Assembly (NCBI GenBank): GCA_038496445.1
Contig: JALMLS010000474.1
Span: 62,001-126,000, forward strand
Source: Trichosphaerium sp. ATCC 40318
Taxonomy: Eukaryota > Protista > Tubulinea
Length of the DNA stretch: 64,000 nucleotides
Reading direction: 5' to 3'
Each line of letters opens with the position of its first letter. Within the stretch, counting starts at the first letter, position 1. The position numbers were made by a program, and so were the translations under genes. This document shows, in pieces, positions 51,655-63,307 of this stretch. A model generated the notes under the pieces. It was given only the letters and a program-made list of their open reading frames with translations. It searched no databases and had not been told where the DNA came from.

Positions 51655-52245
51655 GTTGCAGTGTATAAAATGAAGGTTAAGTCGCTTTCTCTTTGAGTGG
51701 TTTAAATACACCTCTAAGTGGTATTAATTGACATGAAAGGACATTAATATGAAAATATCCACCTTCCTCTTTGCAGTAAAATCTATCACTCCGGATCTTT
51801 CTTTCTTCAATTACTACTAGTATCTCTTGATAAATTTTATAGGCTCTACAATTGTTTGCTTGTTTTTAGCTCCAGATAAGACGGAATTCTGTGAACGCGA
51901 CTGTAACAAAAAGTGAGCTCCAAACAAATTTTCCCAACATGTACAGTGACAATAAAAAAACCGCACGTGCCTTTCATAGCTACGTCCACCTTTTGTCATG
52001 AATGTAATCTTACCAGCATAGTACATTAAATCTAGACTAAATGCTGTTGGCATCAATATTGTTGACTGCCTTGACACTCTTGTTTGGCATCAAATTCTTA
52101 TGCATTGCATTTTTCTACGGCCGATTTATAAGCGAACTTTATTCGCCACTTGTAAATGACAGAAAAAAAAGTCAAACGAAAAATCAGTTCTGCGTTCTCA
52201 TTAGGACAACATAACTGTGCATACGTTTATCTTTAGCCAAAGAAA

Positions 52246-55200
52246 ATGAGAGCATTATTCATCGTGATGCTAGCAATTTTACTTTGTGCGCTAGTAGCAG
52301 TTGAAGCCAATTTACTATCAAACGGAGGTCAGTATAATACTTTTTCCTGTTTACAACGCTTTCCTAATACTGTTTTCTTATTTTGTGACGTCATTTGTAT
52401 TAAATTAACTTACCATGATGTTAATCACGTGTATAACGTTTGAACTGCCGTGATGTTAATCCATTTACATCGAAAAAAGCTTAAACTGATCTTGAAATCT
52501 TGTAGGCTTCGAAGACGGAAATATAAACGGTTGGATAGCTCAAGGCGCACCTACATCAACACTTACAGCGGTGACAAATAGAAAATACTCTGGAGCGTAC
52601 GGAGGCAAAAGCACAAGACCAAGGTAACATGATTTTTTGTAATCTAGCGAGCTTGTGAACATGACAAGTTTTTCCTAACAAATCACAAGCAATACTGCTG
52701 TATGGCATGGACCTGCTTTTAACCTGATGGCGATAGCTAACAGTCAGAACACATTGACTGGAGAAGTGTTTGAGTTCTCAGTGCGTGTTTATTTGGAAGG
52801 GAGCGCTAGCCATACCGTAAAAGTAACCATTCAGTAAGTCGTAACCTCTGCTATGTTCAAAACCATTGACAAGCTCTTAGTCGCATACTTAATGATGGCA
52901 CAAACCTATGGACGGTTATTGATTCTGGCACGAACCAAGGAAATCAATGGGTGCTGATGAGTGGTGCGTGTTTCTCGTGATTGTTCCTGTTTTTGATACT
53001 TTGTAAGGAACATACACAATGATAAACCGTGCTCAAATATCAGCGTTGAAGTTGTACATATCCGGTCCACCTCCTGGTATACTTGTCTTCAAAGCTTAAT
53101 TTGAACTCACTTTGGTAGGCGTTAACTTTTATGTTGATGATGCTACTCTTGTTATTCAAGGAAGATCTCAGCCTACTCCTACACCTCCTCCGACTATTGC
53201 TGGTGATCAACCAGCGACTACATTAAGATTAAAGGATATGAACTTTCAATCCGCGAGCGGCACAGCATCTGAATCTACTGGCGGTTCAAATGATTTTATT
53301 ACTTTTAGCATCACTAGAAATCGCTATAAAGTGTATTTCTGCCAGAGAGTACGCTGGATTAGACAAACGACAATTTGTTTGTGTTTGGTTTTTTTTTGTT
53401 CAGTTTTTTTCTTTTTTCTGACTGTTTTAGCCCATTGCTTTTAAAGGTTTTGACCTACCACGCTCAGCGTTTGCATTTCGCAAAAATAGACAGTATAAAA
53501 TACATTTTGACTGGCAGCAAGCATCAGGCTCTTCTAGTGGATCAAATATAAATAGAATTGGATTATTTCTTCGGCATGCTAGTGCTAATTATAACATAAA
53601 TAACGTTAACTACATCGACTCTCCAGATATGTGGTTTAAAAGATGTACGTATGCATTACCTCCCATCGATACTTATAAAATATATTTAAGCGCTACCTTC
53701 TATCTCTGGGTCTCACAATCACGGGAACTTTGCGACAAAGTCATTTACGTTTTCTTTGCCTGAAGATACAGGCTTCTTCTCACTTTGCATGTATCTTAAC
53801 TCAGGGTCTGGTTCTACAACTGGATCTATCTTTAGAATGAGAAACCTACGTATTGGAGTACCTCAAGCGCCATTTGTAACGAGCTTATTGCCATCTTATT
53901 CAACGAAAGTCCAGAGAAGAATAGCGTAAGAAACGATTGCTCTCTTTTTGCCAATTTACTTTTTGCTAGGCCAACACCGCCTGCATCGCAGTACACTCAA
54001 AATCACTGTCCACATACTGGAGCTAGCTTAAAACTATGGCAGAGGGCAACCACTTGGGGAGGATCAATACCTAGCCATAATAATCAAATAACTCTTCCAG
54101 CTAACAGCAAGGTAATTTTAAACCAAAATAAAAAAATCACGTGATTTTTTTTTTAGTTCTTACTTTTTTCTTAGGTTCTTGTTGACAGAAATACTTTTAG
54201 TGGAGGACAAGTTTATCAGTCTATAACTATTCCTGAAGGAAGTCAATTGATTTTTAAAGATGAAGACATCACACTCAACATCAAGAAGATAATTGTCCGA
54301 GGTCAATTGAGAATCGGATCTCCAACTTGTCGTCTCAACAGCAACATCCGTATTATCTTCCATGGTTCAAAGCCTTCTTCTTTTAATCCTAATATTATCA
54401 CGTGCGTATTTTGAAGTAAATTTCTTCAGAAACAATGCCATAGCATCTAACAGCAATGTCTAGAAAGGGAATTGGTGTTTATGGAAATGGCGAAATTGAT
54501 ATTCACGGAAAACGTTACTTTCCGACCTGGACTCGCCTTGCTAGAACAGGTACCTTTAGATGCATCTAAACATTTGATTTACAATTTTGGCTCTTAACTA
54601 TAATACTTGTAGTATATCCTGGTGATATTAAGGTGGTTCTTCAACAGAATGTAAACTGGGAAGTTGGTCAAGAAGTTGTTTTTATCACATCTACTTATGT
54701 TGATAATATTCGCTACACTGAAAACGAAATACGAACACTAACGAAAGTGAGTAACAATCGTATACAAGTTAATGAACCTTTAAAATACTACCATTACGCT
54801 GGAAAAGAATATCAGGCCGAGGTCCGTAACCAAAGATTAAAAAACAAACCTTAACTGCTTTGTTAGGTTGGTTTGTTGTCTAGGAAGATTGTCCTGGAAT
54901 CACATGCTTCTTCTGATGGAGATAAATACGGTGGCCACGTGCTTATTTCAAACGAAGGAAGAATATCCGGCGTCAGAACAATAAGGTTTGGTCAACTCAA
55001 TCACATAGCACGCTATCCTTTGCATATGTGCGTATCTCTATACTGTCTTGCAGAAAGATTGACAAGTGTTATTTTACAGGCACATGGCTGGGACGCCATC
55101 TAATAGCTACTTTTCTGACAATTCTATCACATTCTCGTACTTCAGATGCATAACCATTCACGGTAAGGAAGTCATATTTGTTGTCTTGGAAACTAAAAAG

Positions 55201-57615
55201 ATGTAGGAACAAACAATGTTCTTGTAACCGAGAATGTTGCATATGATACTAACGGTCATTGTTTCTATATTGAGGATGGCGTAGAAGAGGATAATACAAT
55301 ATCATACAACCTGGGCGCTTTCATTAGACTCATTTCTCCACCAGTTGCGTTTTTTATCCTGTTTTTTTTTTTTTGAAACAAAAAGCCACTTTATGCCTTA
55401 CCAACTATGTCTATGACTGCGTTATTCATTAATTTTACAACCCATAATAAAGTCGATTGTTAGCACTAAAGTAGTTCAAACAACAAGATATTTTAAGTTT
55501 TTAGAACGAAGTGCTAACATCTTTTTTAAGACAGCTCAAAATGGAAACTGGCTTCTTGGAACAGGTCAAGCTGGTACAACAGTTGATGGTCATTCAAACC
55601 TCATACAACCTGCCGATATTGCCGCGTCTGCTTTTTACTTCTCTAATGCATGGAATACAATCATTGGTAACAGCGCTAGCGGAGGTTTCGCTGGATTCAC
55701 GTTTCCAAACTTCGAAAAACCGATTGGAAATCACAGAAATGTTAACGAAAGACCTATGCGAAGACCACTCAAAGAGTTTGATGGTAATGAATGTCATTCA
55801 TCAGGTACATTCTGGGAGAATGTAGCATGTGTCTATGTCGGAGGGGACTTGAGTTATGTTGGGAATAGCAATACTTTGAGGTATTTTACAGGAAGAAAAG
55901 GAAGAGTTTCACGTGATGGAGTCACAAATAATCAAGTATCTATGATATTCAGAAATACACGCATTTGGGCTTCTAATATGGGTATTAATCATTGGGGAAT
56001 GAGGCCAGAAGTGATCAACTATGAAGCGTATGACATTCGACGAGGTACAACTTTTTTTTTGATTTGCAAGTTTTTTTTTGTTGACGCTTTCTGTTAGCTG
56101 GTATGCTCTTTGGTGAAGGTCTCATTAATCACGCTATCATTCAACAATACACTGATAATATTAATGTTGCCGTGTATTATAAAAACAGCGATACAACTGA
56201 AGGGTTTCGGTACTATGATACATCAAGCCAAGCAATACTATTAGATTGTACAATGGTGAATTACAACAAACACCCAAGGCACCTTAGTATATTTGACATT
56301 TTATCTTACCTTTGATTCCATAGAAACCCTTCTATAACTGGATACGCCATTGACTCTCTAACGCACAGCGACTTTTTCACGCCTCAGGTTCGAACTCTTT
56401 AAGATGACAGTTGGTTTTATTTAACTTTCTTTGTGTTTTAGGGGATTAGTGCGCAGTCTAATATGAAGTTTATCAACTCTCCTGTACGCTTTAGATTTCA
56501 CCCACGTATTACAGTCGAGAAGAACAATAACGCTTGGCGATATTGGAATCTTGTGGATTGGGATGGAACTATCATTGGTAACAACAAAGTACGTATAAAT
56601 TGAAAATTGTTTTCTTGTTGTTATTACTTTACTTCTCTGTCCGTTTCTTATTGTGTATGGTAGAGAACTATATGGGGTTCAGCGTCTGGATACACTAATG
56701 ATTGGTGGAACTTCGGTGCAAACTGTAACTTACACTCAACTTTGAACGTGTGGTATTGTGAAGACCCAAATAATGTTAGAAGAGTTGGATGGCTTAATGT
56801 TGAATCACCTGGTATAATGGACAATGATTTACCTGCTGTAGATCAGAACGGACAAGCTGGTAATAGAAAACAATAGTTCTAATGTAATGAGAATTGGTTA
56901 ACGTCTATTTACAGGTACAACATATCACATCGGAAAAGCGTCTTTGTTTGGCTCTAAAATCAATTCAAAGAGAAGTGTTATCATCACACCAAACACAGGT
57001 ACAATACTTACCATACTATGGATTTTAGTCTGCTCTAACTTTGCAAGGCGTTTGTGGACCTCTTGAGAAAAATATAGGATGGCATTTTTGGTATAAAGAT
57101 GGTACACCAAAAAAGTTGATAATCGATGGTCGTATTTGGTATCGTTCTAATGAAGAAGGTCTTGTTACTGGATTTCATTATCCAAGGTCATCAAGTTTTA
57201 CTGTTTATTGTAAAGAGAATGGTAACACAGCACGATTCAATGGACGTAGGGTAAACTCTGCAAGTCAGGTACCAGTTAAACAACAAAAACTAGCGTTTGT
57301 GAAAACTGAACAATTTTGTGTTTGCAGGTTTGGTCTTCTCCTGATTCTCTTGCTTGGCATTGGGATAGCAATGCTGGTCTTCTGTTATTTAAATTCAGAG
57401 ATAAAACAAGTTACCCTAATGCAAGCTCTGTTTTCAGGAAGGGAACTGTAGAATTGTTGAGGTAAGGTTAATTCAAACCACAAGAAAAAAGAAAAAAAAC
57501 TCATCTAAACAAATTCTTTAGGCAGTCAGGCTTGTGGAAGTGTTACATTGAAGCGACATGTCCAGGATCTTCAAATAGATGTTCACCTGTTACTGAAAGG
57601 GTACCTGGATTTTGA
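52246..57615 (+). CDS. Secreted CBM4_9/CBM22-like + G8 + PbH1 beta-helix protein (TMEM2/CEMIP/fibrocystin-like), multi-exon
   Basis: LLSNGGFEDG..GW..YSG..FSVRV..W..MSG..FYVDD (CBM). G8 segment WQRATTWGGSIP..ITLP..LTIPEGSQLIF..IIVRGQLRIGS..C. Also PTWTRLA, YGGHV, GQ..IARYPLH, RCITIHG, AYDTNGHCFYIEDGVE, GNSASGG. Confidence 0.85.
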
Positions 57616-58275
57616 GTATGTCACGGACAAACTTAGGTAGAAAGCACAATATCACACCAAAAAAAAAAAAGTCACATTTATTAGATGTAGAACCAATTAA
57701 TTTAAAAGTTCTCTTGCTTGGTAGACAACTTTATTATTTCACTTTTTATTGAACCGTAGTGTACTGTTTATGTTTAGATTTACGTGCGAAAATAACTATT
57801 AAAACACGTGGCATAGCGTCTTGGACTTTGTACCTTTTCAAGCCCAAACCTGTCTAATGTTGAGTCACCCTGTCTGACGACCGCGTCGTTTTCAGAAAAA
57901 AAAAAGGCAACAACAAAAAACGTGACATACAGATTAGGCCAATCAACAATATAACGCCAAGAATACATCCAATAGTAATTAAAAAAAAAGTCATCATGTG
58001 CCAAAAAGGACGAAATCGCTTGAGCTGATAAAGAAGTTACATTTTGCATTCCACTTGTGAGCTCAATTGTAGCGACTTGTGAATGTGACTCCCAGTCGAA
58101 AGATAATTAAAAGAAACCTTCAAGAATAGCCATAGTTGCCTCCAACACCCCTTCACTACTTAATAAGCACAAATACGCAGTGTACACAAGTGGAACTTGT
58201 TGAGATGTGATCGACATGAATCAGCAGAAATGAGAATAAACACGTTTTTTTTGTAAACTACTATTTATTATTGAT

Positions 58276-60318
58276 TTAACAATGGTCTTTTTTATACTTG
58301 ATAACTTTTGCACGCTCAATTGCTGTAAAATCAAACACTTTCATTATTTCTCCTTTTAACTCTTGTATCTCAATACATGCTTCATCCAACATTGATCCAA
58401 GTGTTTGAGCTCTTGATCTCTCAATCCCTGCCAATATCAAGATATTCACCCATTCAACTTTCCCTCTCAACGGTTGTTCTGGTACAACTGGAGCTGATGC
58501 TGAAGGCTGCAATAAAAGTTAGGTGATGTATCGCTCCTGAGAGAAAGAGTCGTACTTTGCCAATGTCTACTGTTTCAGGTACAACTGGTATTGATACATC
58601 TCTCTTATCCATATTAATAGATTCAATCCTGTTCTTCCAGGACTGTTGCGAAACAAGGTCATCTACATCAACGGAGGGTTGAGAAGGGTTCTTTATGGAT
58701 GAATCGCCATTGAAGTGCGAAGAGGTAGACTTGGCTCCAATTGAATCGGAAGAAGCATCCTTAACATTGACGTAAATAAATATGTGTTAAATGAAATATC
58801 TTGGTTGTACGTTGCCAAGGTTGATCGTTTCAAACTTATCTTGAAGCCATGATTGTCTTGATACAAGATCATCAGCATCGATTAAAGGTGGATGTTGATT
58901 TGATTCATTGGTGGGTGGATTGTAGTTGATTGAATCAATAGAGGCTTCTTGTCCTTAAAGTATAAAAGAGTTACAAAACATAAGAATAGTGGAATGAGCA
59001 CTTACTTTGCTGTTTGGATTGAATGAGATGACGAGCATTTTCGAGAATCTGAAGATCTTGTTCTGTTTGTCCAAATTTCTGAGGTACATCTCGAATGCCC
59101 TTTTTTGACGTGAACATCTCTTCGGATGGATGTACTTTGATCGATGACTTGTTGATTGGCTGTTCATCCAATTGTTGAGTGTCGATTGTATCTTTGTTTG
59201 TTTGCTAATGACTTGTCAAATAGACAGAAAGATGAATGAGATTACAAAGTACCTTTTGGTGATTGTTGAATGTCAACTTTTGTGGTGTTGATTGACCATA
59301 ATCATTATTTCCACCTGTGACCAACTGAAAGTCATGAGATATTGCCAAGTAATGAAATTGTTTATTGGCAAACTCAAGATATTTTCCAGGTAATTTTAAT
59401 GGTTTGTTTGATTTGAACGAATCAATCCATTTCCCTTGACCCCAACCAAACAAACAACCTTCATCATCAATCGCAAATGATGTATAGTAACCAGCATGTA
59501 CAGATTTGATGTTATTGAGTCCTTTGATGATACCCTGGCCATACTCGTCATCAATACCCAACCCAAGACACCCATTGTAGTTGTATCCAAAAGAAAATAC
59601 TTGTCCTGACTTGAGGAGAACAAGTACATGACAATAACCAATGGCAATATCAGTGGCATCATCAATACTTGGAACACGTGAAATTGTCTTTGGATTCAAG
59701 AATAATGATTTATCTCTTGCTTCATCTTTTGTTGTTTCCCAGAAATTTAGTTGTTCCCCAAAGAAAGACATGACCTGTTGACGTCATTGCTCCACTTACA
59801 TACGAGTTATTTTGAATTTTTTGAACATTTTGAAGATTTGGAATAACCGCTGGTGATGAAACTTTCGAATTGTCGAATGAATGACCCAATCCTTGATATG
59901 AGTTGTCTCCCCAAGAGTAGACATGACCTGATTTTGATAACGCCATACTCACTTCATAGGCAGAGACTTTCGTGATATTGTTGAGATTTGGAACACGTGT
60001 TGGTGACGAAACAGGTGACGCAAAGTGACCCAGACCCAATTCACCATCTGAATTACAGCCCCATGCATACACAATACCGTTTGAATCAACTGCAAGGCTA
60101 TGATTCCATCCAGCAGCAATACAGACGATATTTATGACTGATTTTATTGGTCTTGCGATAGAACTCTTTCTTTCGTCTGTGTTACCCAATTGGTGGTGAT
60201 TGTTTTGTCCCCACGTGTAAACAAAGCCATCGTCTGCGATTACCATTGAATGGTTTAAACCAGTGGCCAAACGGTTAACATATTGTAAATTACCCGACGA
60301 AGATTGCGGCTCTGCCAT
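58276..60318 (-). CDS. RCC1 + KFG-motif + SAM-like domain (copy D); +1 frameshift near 59730 (pseudogene or sequencing error)
   Basis: ORFs 59722-60318 and 59205-59771 join if one base is removed from an A-run. Tail KVHPSEEMFTSKKGIRDVPQKFG and VEWVNILILAGIERSRA match copy A. Confidence 0.8.
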
Positions 60319-60939
60319 TAAAACGTTAGGTTACGTGACGTGCTCAATATTCGTTGGCTTTTGAACTACTAAGCTTGACGCCATTTCTTATGGTAGGTTT
60401 TAAACCTGCCGCAGATGAGTTACTACATTACAATAAGGGGTAGCATTGATACTCTTAGAATTCTAAAACCGAATCGCTTCAACCCTTTTTACGTTATGTA
60501 CTTCATTGTCTAATAGCGTTAGAGGATATCAAAGCGACATAAAAACATAGGTACATAGATGTTGGTTTAAACCACCTCACTAGATACTCGTACCTTCAAC
60601 AGGCTCAACAGCGATAATTTTAGCGTTCGTTGGAACTAAATAAACATCAATTATGGTACGTGGGCGTTTGTAAGGCTAATTACCAAGTAAACACGTGAAA
60701 ACGCCTGTTCCTGCGCCTATTTAAACGATTGTCTTTGTCTTGGCAAGTGCCAAGTACTTTTGAGTGCTACATCCACAAAAAGAACGCGAAACTCAACTGC
60801 TTTGCATCTAACAAAATGAACCTACCCACGTGAAGATTGTAAAGCTAAACACGAGCAATTTTATAATGCACAGATTGAAACTGTTTTTTTTTTTTTGTTT
60901 TTTTTTTATTCGACGAGTATTTTCTTTTCTCACAGCCCT

Positions 60940-61620
60940 TTAGGAGCGTGGTAACTCAATCATGGTTATTTGCCTAGATTCTAGTGATCCAAAAGACTGT
61001 GTTGTTGCTGGTTTGAAGGCAGGTGCTAAGACTGGCGGATTTGAAACTAACTCAAAGGGGTAACAAGGTTGTAAAAAGGGTAAGCATATCTTTTTTTTTT
61101 CTCATTTTGATCTTTACTGACGATTTTGTTTTACTCTGTAGATATAACGTAATTCAAGGTGATGGTATCAACTATGCAATTGTCACAAAAATCTTGAAGG
61201 TTGTTGTTGCTGATGGCCTTCTCTGTCCAATGTGTACGTTACAAAGTTGCTTGGAGTTTAAGTTTCTTTGTATCTTATCTTTTGTTGATAGGTCAGTTTC
61301 AGTATGGGTCGTGGACTCCTAATGAAGGTTAACCATGATACCATGCCATTCGCTACAAAATTGTGCTACATTCACTATGCCAATGGAGATGAGAGAAAGG
61401 TCATGAAATGCCCAAAAACAGATTCTGGAAAAATCAGCTTCACAGGTATTCGTAAGGTTATCTGTAACGATAAGGGCGCTCCAATAATCTACCCTTGCGG
61501 TGCAGATGAAAAAGTAGACCCAGAGAAGAACCTCCTCAAAGTTGTCTATGATTGTGTACGTGCTCTTGTGTGTTGTAGTGGTTTTTTTTTTCTCAGTTAC
61601 TGACTTCTTTTTTAGGGTCG
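60940..61620 (+). CDS. Multi-exon hypothetical protein, apparently 3'-truncated
   Basis: Exon-like frames (MVICLDSSDPKDC.., YNVIQGDG.., ORF 61304-61555) separated by T-rich GT-AG introns. The last acceptor (~61616) leads into the antisense F-box fragment. Confidence 0.4.
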
Positions 61621-61806
61621 AAGCCATTTTCCATGCTTTTTCAACTCTTTATTGTACCTTGTGCTCATTGCAGTACGCTTTGGAAGCAGTGGATAGCATA
61701 GGTACACTGATACTGATGCGTCTAAATCTATAATATCGAGCTGAATCTTGGGTGGGAAGTGTAATAGGTGACAAGTATCTCGTTTTACTGCGATAGTATG
61801 AAGCAT
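61620..61806 (-). pseudogene. 5' fragment of an F-box-MORN gene
   Basis: HLLHFPPKIQLDIIDLD..KRTAMSTRYNKELKKHGKW aligns with HLFDLPVELHLDIIDLD..KHTATTTTFDSDLNKHGKW at 13441-13590. It stops where the MORN repeats should begin. Confidence 0.7.
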
Positions 61807-63307
61807 CCTAAATAAAGTACAATAAATTACTTCGGATAGTAGAAAATGAAAATATCAGCATAAGTCACTTGATATCACGTGACGTATGTATGGGATATCA
61901 AGTGTAAGCGATACTGTAGTGCTGGGGTTTTTGGAGAAATAGCGTAATTAACGGAGCACTACGATGTTGAGAAAACTGTAAACTACTAAAAATGAAAAAA
62001 TGAAAAAAAATTGAAGTCAATAGCAATAGTTGTTTATTGGTGATATTGTATGGCGCAATGTTTACAAATAGAGTTGGTCGTGGTCCAGTACCAACTAAGC
62101 CAGCTATAAAAATCTGTAGCTGGTTAACTGACGGCTAAGAAACTCAGCAACAAAATCTGAAATCAGCTAAACCGTTTAAAAATGTGTGATTTTGTTGATG
62201 TTGTACCATGGCACCACATGCTTTTTTTACGTTTTATATGCTCTCAATGGCTTTGACTTCGTTAGTGTTTGATACATAAGTCCAAAGCCTAGTGTTTTAC
62301 CCAATATTCTCAAAGGTAAATGTGAATGTCACTGTCCCTAGTTAACATTTCTTATCACAAGTCAATTGACTGAGTGTAGAGCTTTTTACTAGGTAGTCGA
62401 TAAGTATATCTTGCATGTAAAATGCGTTTAGAACACACTGGGTAAACGTAGAGTGTACAATAATTGCACCTGATCCGAGAACTTTCTCGGCACATTTTTT
62501 GGCTTGAAAAAACTGTAAAACATACTTTCCGTGAACCACTACCACTTGTTTACTCTTGCAGGTCACTACAGTACTAAATAGGTTGTAATGGATTTAATAA
62601 ACGTATTTGAGCGCTGTGGATACGACTGACTGGAATAAACAAGAAAAGTTCTTCTTATTGTTCTTTTCTACGCGTATAATCGCGTGTACTATACTTTGGT
62701 GAGTATTTGTGTAAAGATAAGGTAGACCAGCAAGCCCTGTTTTGAAACTTTGGTACCACCCTTTCTAGATACAGAGAAATGTATTTCCGTTGCCTTAGAA
62801 ACAGGCGGTCGCGTTCTGCCATATTTTATGTTGAAATCCGTAGTTGAACCCAGGAGCTTTGTAACATAATGTAAGATACTGTATGTATAGTAAGGCACCA
62901 TTGAAAAGTGATTTTGGCTTTCAGAAACTGTTTACCATTCGAATGAAAATTATCAAAAACAAGCACATTCGTTTTTCAGTTTTTTACGAATTTACAGCCA
63001 TGTGATAGTTTTTGGTTACCAGTATGTTTGTAGTATGTTTTACATAACTATGTCTACTTGTAGCCGTAATATAAAGTTTCTAGCGTACATTTGTGAACCA
63101 CACTGACGGGTTTTTTTTAGTTTTCAATCTGCTCAGCAAAAAGTTCTCTATGTGACCCTCAATGTGTTAATATAATGTCATTGTTCTGTTCAAAACAAGC
63201 TAGTATTTATTGTAAGACATCTAAACTATTACAAAACCAATTGTTAATATTCGATTGTTTTTGGTGTATTCATCATTGAGGAGGCTTAAGATATGCGCTT
63301 CATCGAT

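Noticed and set aside
101-57615. Non-standard genetic code to explain fragmented ORFs
   Set aside because: Fragmentation is explained by short GT-AG introns, and TAA, TAG and TGA all end well-supported genes.
35586-60318. Diversity-generating retroelement as the cause of RCC1/LRR variability
   Set aside because: No reverse transcriptase or template repeat is seen, and the substitutions are not adenine-specific.
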